Below the pieces are notes generated by a model, which was not told the origin of the DNA, searched no databases, and worked only from the letters and a program-made list of their open reading frames with translations. From NCBI GenBank assembly GCA_028697025.1, contig JAQVFZ010000001.1, positions 1-46,341 on the forward strand: a stretch of DNA of 46,341 nt, in the 5' to 3' direction. How positions within the stretch are numbered: the first letter of the stretch is position 1; every line of letters starts with the position of its first letter. Below are positions 43,880 to 46,341 of the stretch, one piece after another. Position numbers and translations under genes: made by a program. This stretch comes from Candidatus Izemoplasmatales bacterium. GTDB taxonomy: Bacteria > Bacillota_I > Bacilli_A > Izemoplasmatales > Hujiaoplasmataceae.

Positions 43880-45475
43880 TCAGACGTTTTTATTATTTTT
43901 GGCTTCTTCAGCTTGTTGGACCCTGACTTGATTTCTGTTCACATAACCTTGATGCATAGTTTCATAGTTCGCTAAATATTGTTGTCTCAAGCCTGAAATA
44001 TCAGGTTGGGTCTTTGTCCCATTTTCTACAGCTTGACGATGAGCTTGGACTTGCGCCTGCAAGGCTTCGATTAATTCGTCTTTAATAGCTTGAGCACCAG
44101 CTTCAACTTGGTTTCTATATTGAGCTATATAAGCTTCGCAATCCAGACTCAATAAGTCAACTATTTCTTTTGGTGTCAAAAGCAAAACGTCTTCAAAAAC
44201 TAAAGTTTCATCGGTTGCAAGATATGCTAGAACTAATTTAGCAAATCCATAACTAATTTCATGTTCTTCTGCAAAAGCTACAATTTCTGGATTGATTTCG
44301 TGTTGTTGGAGCACAGCAGCTCCGATTGCGTTTTCATAGAAGAAATTTTGCAACATTGATTGTGCTTGATTCATGAAGGCATTTTCAAGTTCTTGATTAA
44401 CACCGGCGTTTTGGATCATTACAGCGTTGTCGCTTCTAGTAACGTCAATATATCCGGTATCAACTGCAGCATTCAAGTAAAGTCTTAAAGCTTCTTGATA
44501 ATGCAAGCCTTCCAGTTCCAATCCTGCAGCCACAATTTCAGCATCTTGATTCTTTAGCATGTAACTTAGTACATATCCATTTCCATCAATTACGAAATCA
44601 ATTCCCGGATTGATGTCCAATGAGAAATACATTGGAGAATTGCCCGATACTTTTTCTTTGGCTTGTTGCAATCTAGTTTGATTTCTATTCAAGTAAGCTT
44701 CATGTAGCGTTGCGTAATTGTTCATGTAATTTTCTTTTAATCCACTGATGTCGGGTTGAGTTTTAGTGCCATTTAGAACTTCTTGACGATGTGCTTGGAC
44801 TTGTGCTTGCAAAGCTTCGACCAATTCGTCTTTTACCGCTTGAGCTCCGGCTTGGATTTCATTTTGATAACGGCTGCGATATTGATTTGCTTCTTCAACT
44901 AAATCATCGACTAAATCCTTGGGTTGCATTTCAGCAAGATCAGCGACAACAGCTTCTGGATTTAATTCAACATAAGCAAGAATCATCTTGGCAAATCCGT
45001 AAGAAATGTCATAAGTTTCTACCAAAGTTTCTGCTTCTTCATCGACTTCTTCATTTTTCAAAACAACAGCTCCAATAGCGTTTTCTTGGAAAAATGTTTG
45101 AAGTTTTTCTTGAACTTGGATCATAAAATCATTGTTTTCCGAATCCTTTTTACCACCGGCTTGAATCATTACCGCACCATCTTCTCTGGTAATATCGATA
45201 TAACCAGTATCGATAGCTGCATTTAAATACAAGTGAAGTGCTTCTTCATATGTCTTGCCTTCCATTTCTAGACCGGCAGCCACAATTTCTGCTTCTTCGT
45301 TTCTAAAACTGTAAGTATAAACTTTTCCTTCACTGTCGATAACAAAGTCTACCGCAGGATTCATCTCTAAAGATAGATAAGTATAATCTGAGTAAGCGAC
45401 TTCTTCCGTTTCAGCACAAGCTACAAGGCCTATGCCAGCAAAAAGTAATGTGAGCATTAAGAGAATTTTTTTCAT
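43880..45475 (-). CDS. Lipoprotein built from two tandem ~242-aa copies of one module
   Basis: The start is moved to ATG 45475, because the track's GTG at 45484 lies inside the RBS AGAGGTGA. The signal peptide and lipobox read MKKILLMLTLLFAGIGLVAC. Two collinear copies follow; see the repeat features. Confidence 0.85.
   Translation of the reverse strand: MKKILLMLTLLFAGIGLVACAETEEVAYSDYTYLSLEMNPAVDFVIDSEGKVYTYSFRNEEAEIVAAGLEMEGKTYEEALHLYLNAAIDTGYIDITREDGAVMIQAGGKKDSENNDFMIQVQEKLQTFFQENAIGAVVLKNEEVDEEAETLVETYDISYGFAKMILAYVELNPEAVVADLAEMQPKDLVDDLVEEANQYRSRYQNEIQAGAQAVKDELVEALQAQVQAHRQEVLNGTKTQPDISGLKENYMNNYATLHEAYLNRNQTRLQQAKEKVSGNSPMYFSLDINPGIDFVIDGNGYVLSYMLKNQDAEIVAAGLELEGLHYQEALRLYLNAAVDTGYIDVTRSDNAVMIQNAGVNQELENAFMNQAQSMLQNFFYENAIGAAVLQQHEINPEIVAFAEEHEISYGFAKLVLAYLATDETLVFEDVLLLTPKEIVDLLSLDCEAYIAQYRNQVEAGAQAIKDELIEALQAQVQAHRQAVENGTKTQPDISGLRQQYLANYETMHQGYVNRNQVRVQQAEEAKNNKNV
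43904..44629 (-). repeat. Intragenic tandem duplication, copy 2 (YFSLDINPGIDFVIDGNGYV ... NRNQVRVQQAEE)
   Basis: The evidence is the same as for copy 1. The DNA-level similarity is also visible, for example 44060-44120 against 44810-44870. Confidence 0.9.
44654..45379 (-). repeat. Intragenic tandem duplication, copy 1 (YLSLEMNPAVDFVIDSEGKV ... NRNQTRLQQAKE)
   Basis: The two copies align by eye at an offset of exactly 250 codons. About 60-65% of residues are identical by eye; this was not computed. There are long identical runs such as AEIVAAGLE, LYLNAA, DTGYID, ALQAQVQAHRQ and NGTKTQPDISGL. Confidence 0.9.
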
Positions 45476-45601
45476 ATTTTTCACCTCTTTTTCCCTTTCA
45501 TCTATATATACGTGTTGTGACGATTATTTATTGAGAAAAGTTTTTAACTTTAGTGTAAATACCAATTTGTGCTATACTTAAATATATTGGAGGTTTAAAT
45601 T

Positions 45602-46341
45602 ATGAAGATTGGAATTTATGGCGCAGGTGGTATGGGTACCGTTTTAGGGGCTTATATAAGCAAAGCGGGTTATGATATTGATTTAATAAATAGAAATAAA
45701 GATCATGTGCTCGGATTAAATAAAAATGGAGCACAAATTATTGGTAAAATTAACTTCACACAAAAAGTGAAAGCAATCCTTCCTGAAGAAATGAAAGATA
45801 AATACGATATTATTTTATTAATGACTAAACAAAGATATAATCCAGAGGTTGTTGAAAGCCTGATTCCATACCTATATGAAGACTCATTAGTATGTACAAT
45901 GCAAAACGGTTTGCCTGAAGATTCTGTTGCCGATGTCATCGGCAAAGATAGAACTTGTGGCTGCGTCATGAGTTGGGGTGCGACTTTCCACGGGAATGGC
46001 ATCAGCGAATTGACATCTGAAGCTACTCGCGATACCTTGACTTTCAATATCGGCAAGTTTGGAAACAATGATAATAACAAGTTTGATTACATTGTTCAGT
46101 TATTAAACACGATGGGAACCGTAACTGTAGAAGAAAATTTCATTGGTATCAGATGGGCAAAACTGCTTATAAACAGTGCCTTTAGCGGCCTATCGGTTAT
46201 TACTGATGCAAATTTTGGTGATATCTCCAAACACAAGTTTGCCAAGCTGATTGCGATTGAAGTCATAAAGGAAGGCATAGAAGTGGCCAAAGCTGCAAAA
46301 ATCAAAATTGAACCAATACAAGGAAAAAATATTGAAAAATA
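45602..46341 (+). CDS. panE: 2-dehydropantoate 2-reductase (ApbA/PanE family), 5' part; runs off the right edge
   Basis: Not in the track because it has no in-window stop. Hand translation from ATG 45602 (GGAGG 7 nt upstream) gives MKIGIYGAGGMGTVLGAYISKAGYDIDLINRN...MTKQRYN...RWAKLLINSAFSGLS. This shows a Rossmann GxGxxG motif and the ketopantoate reductase pattern. Confidence 0.75.
   Translation, partial: MKIGIYGAGGMGTVLGAYISKAGYDIDLINRNKDHVLGLNKNGAQIIGKINFTQKVKAILPEEMKDKYDIILLMTKQRYNPEVVESLIPYLYEDSLVCTMQNGLPEDSVADVIGKDRTCGCVMSWGATFHGNGISELTSEATRDTLTFNIGKFGNNDNNKFDYIVQLLNTMGTVTVEENFIGIRWAKLLINSAFSGLSVITDANFGDISKHKFAKLIAIEVIKEGIEVAKAAKIKIEPIQGKNIEK

Noticed and set aside
13219-45484. N-terminally extended starts proposed by the ORF track at 13219, 19234, 20621, 21894, 26304, 27413, 29141, 31210, 32502, 34882, 42135 and 45484
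   Set aside because: These are mostly GTG or TTG codons, or ATG at 26304, 27413, 29141, 31210, 34882 and 42135. They lie inside or upstream of the real RBS or promoter; for example, 20621 is inside a TATAAT box, and 45484 and 13219 are inside AGGTGA-type RBSs. A downstream ATG with correctly spaced GGAGG-type RBS exists in each case.
45703-46305. Two minus-strand ORFs from the track (45703-46080 and 46096-46305) at the right edge
   Set aside because: The plus strand carries an open frame from ATG 45602, with GGAGG and a Rossmann GxGxxG motif, with ketopantoate-reductase character. The minus-strand ORFs are shadows of that frame.
1-46341. Search for mobile elements, prophage or defence-island signatures, CRISPR arrays, tRNA or rRNA genes
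   Set aside because: I found no transposase, integrase or recombinase-like ORF, no inverted terminal repeats and no spacer-repeat arrays. I recognised no tRNA-like sequence on either strand; in particular the conserved T-arm motif GGTTCGAATCC is absent. The only tandem repeats are in-frame coding repeats at 981-1115 and 43904-45379.

Overview
This is a 46.3-kb AT-rich chromosomal segment, about one-third G+C by eye. It uses the standard genetic code; TGA is a stop, for example at 27382-27384. I call 40 CDS, two of them cut by the window edges. RBSs are Gram-positive style (GGAGG) and there are many hairpin plus T-tract terminators. Gene content and the Thr/Pro-linker lipoproteins suggest a low-GC Firmicutes/Mollicutes-related organism (Acholeplasma- or Erysipelotrichia-like), but this cannot be proven from the sequence alone. 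I saw no rRNA, tRNA, CRISPR array, transposase, integrase or phage genes, so the window looks like core chromosome rather than an island.

Contents from left to right:
- A beta-glucan operon: GH30, a 1021-aa GH94-clan phosphorylase-like enzyme and a CBM-bearing lipoprotein. It sits behind a consensus promoter that carries a cre site and an orphan LacI-type operator.
- gmk and ktrB.
- A tightly coupled triad of esterase, HxxxDG acyltransferase and zinc-ribbon membrane protein.
- pepT, corA and ggt.
- A four-gene run: Ldh2-family dehydrogenase, MsrB, nitroreductase and a PlsC-like acyltransferase.
- An M29 aminopeptidase, an AraC regulator, a membrane-anchored Endonuclease I, L25/Ctc and a GH3 beta-glucosidase.
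- An Mhq-like quinone-detoxification operon with a perfect palindromic operator, and a cupin gene.
- pdhABCD, an aldo/keto reductase, lplA and a MATE transporter.
- Two overlapping orphan flavoproteins.
- Two GGDEF diguanylate cyclases flanking an internally duplicated polytopic membrane protein.
- A lipoprotein made of two 242-aa tandem copies.
- The start of panE.

The best candidates for undescribed biology are the esterase/acyltransferase/zinc-ribbon triad (7874-10796), the DGC-membrane protein-DGC module (40138-43732), the unassigned giant phosphorylase-like enzyme (1218-4283) and the overlapping flavoprotein pair (37229-40050). All family assignments come from motif recognition by eye, not from database searches.
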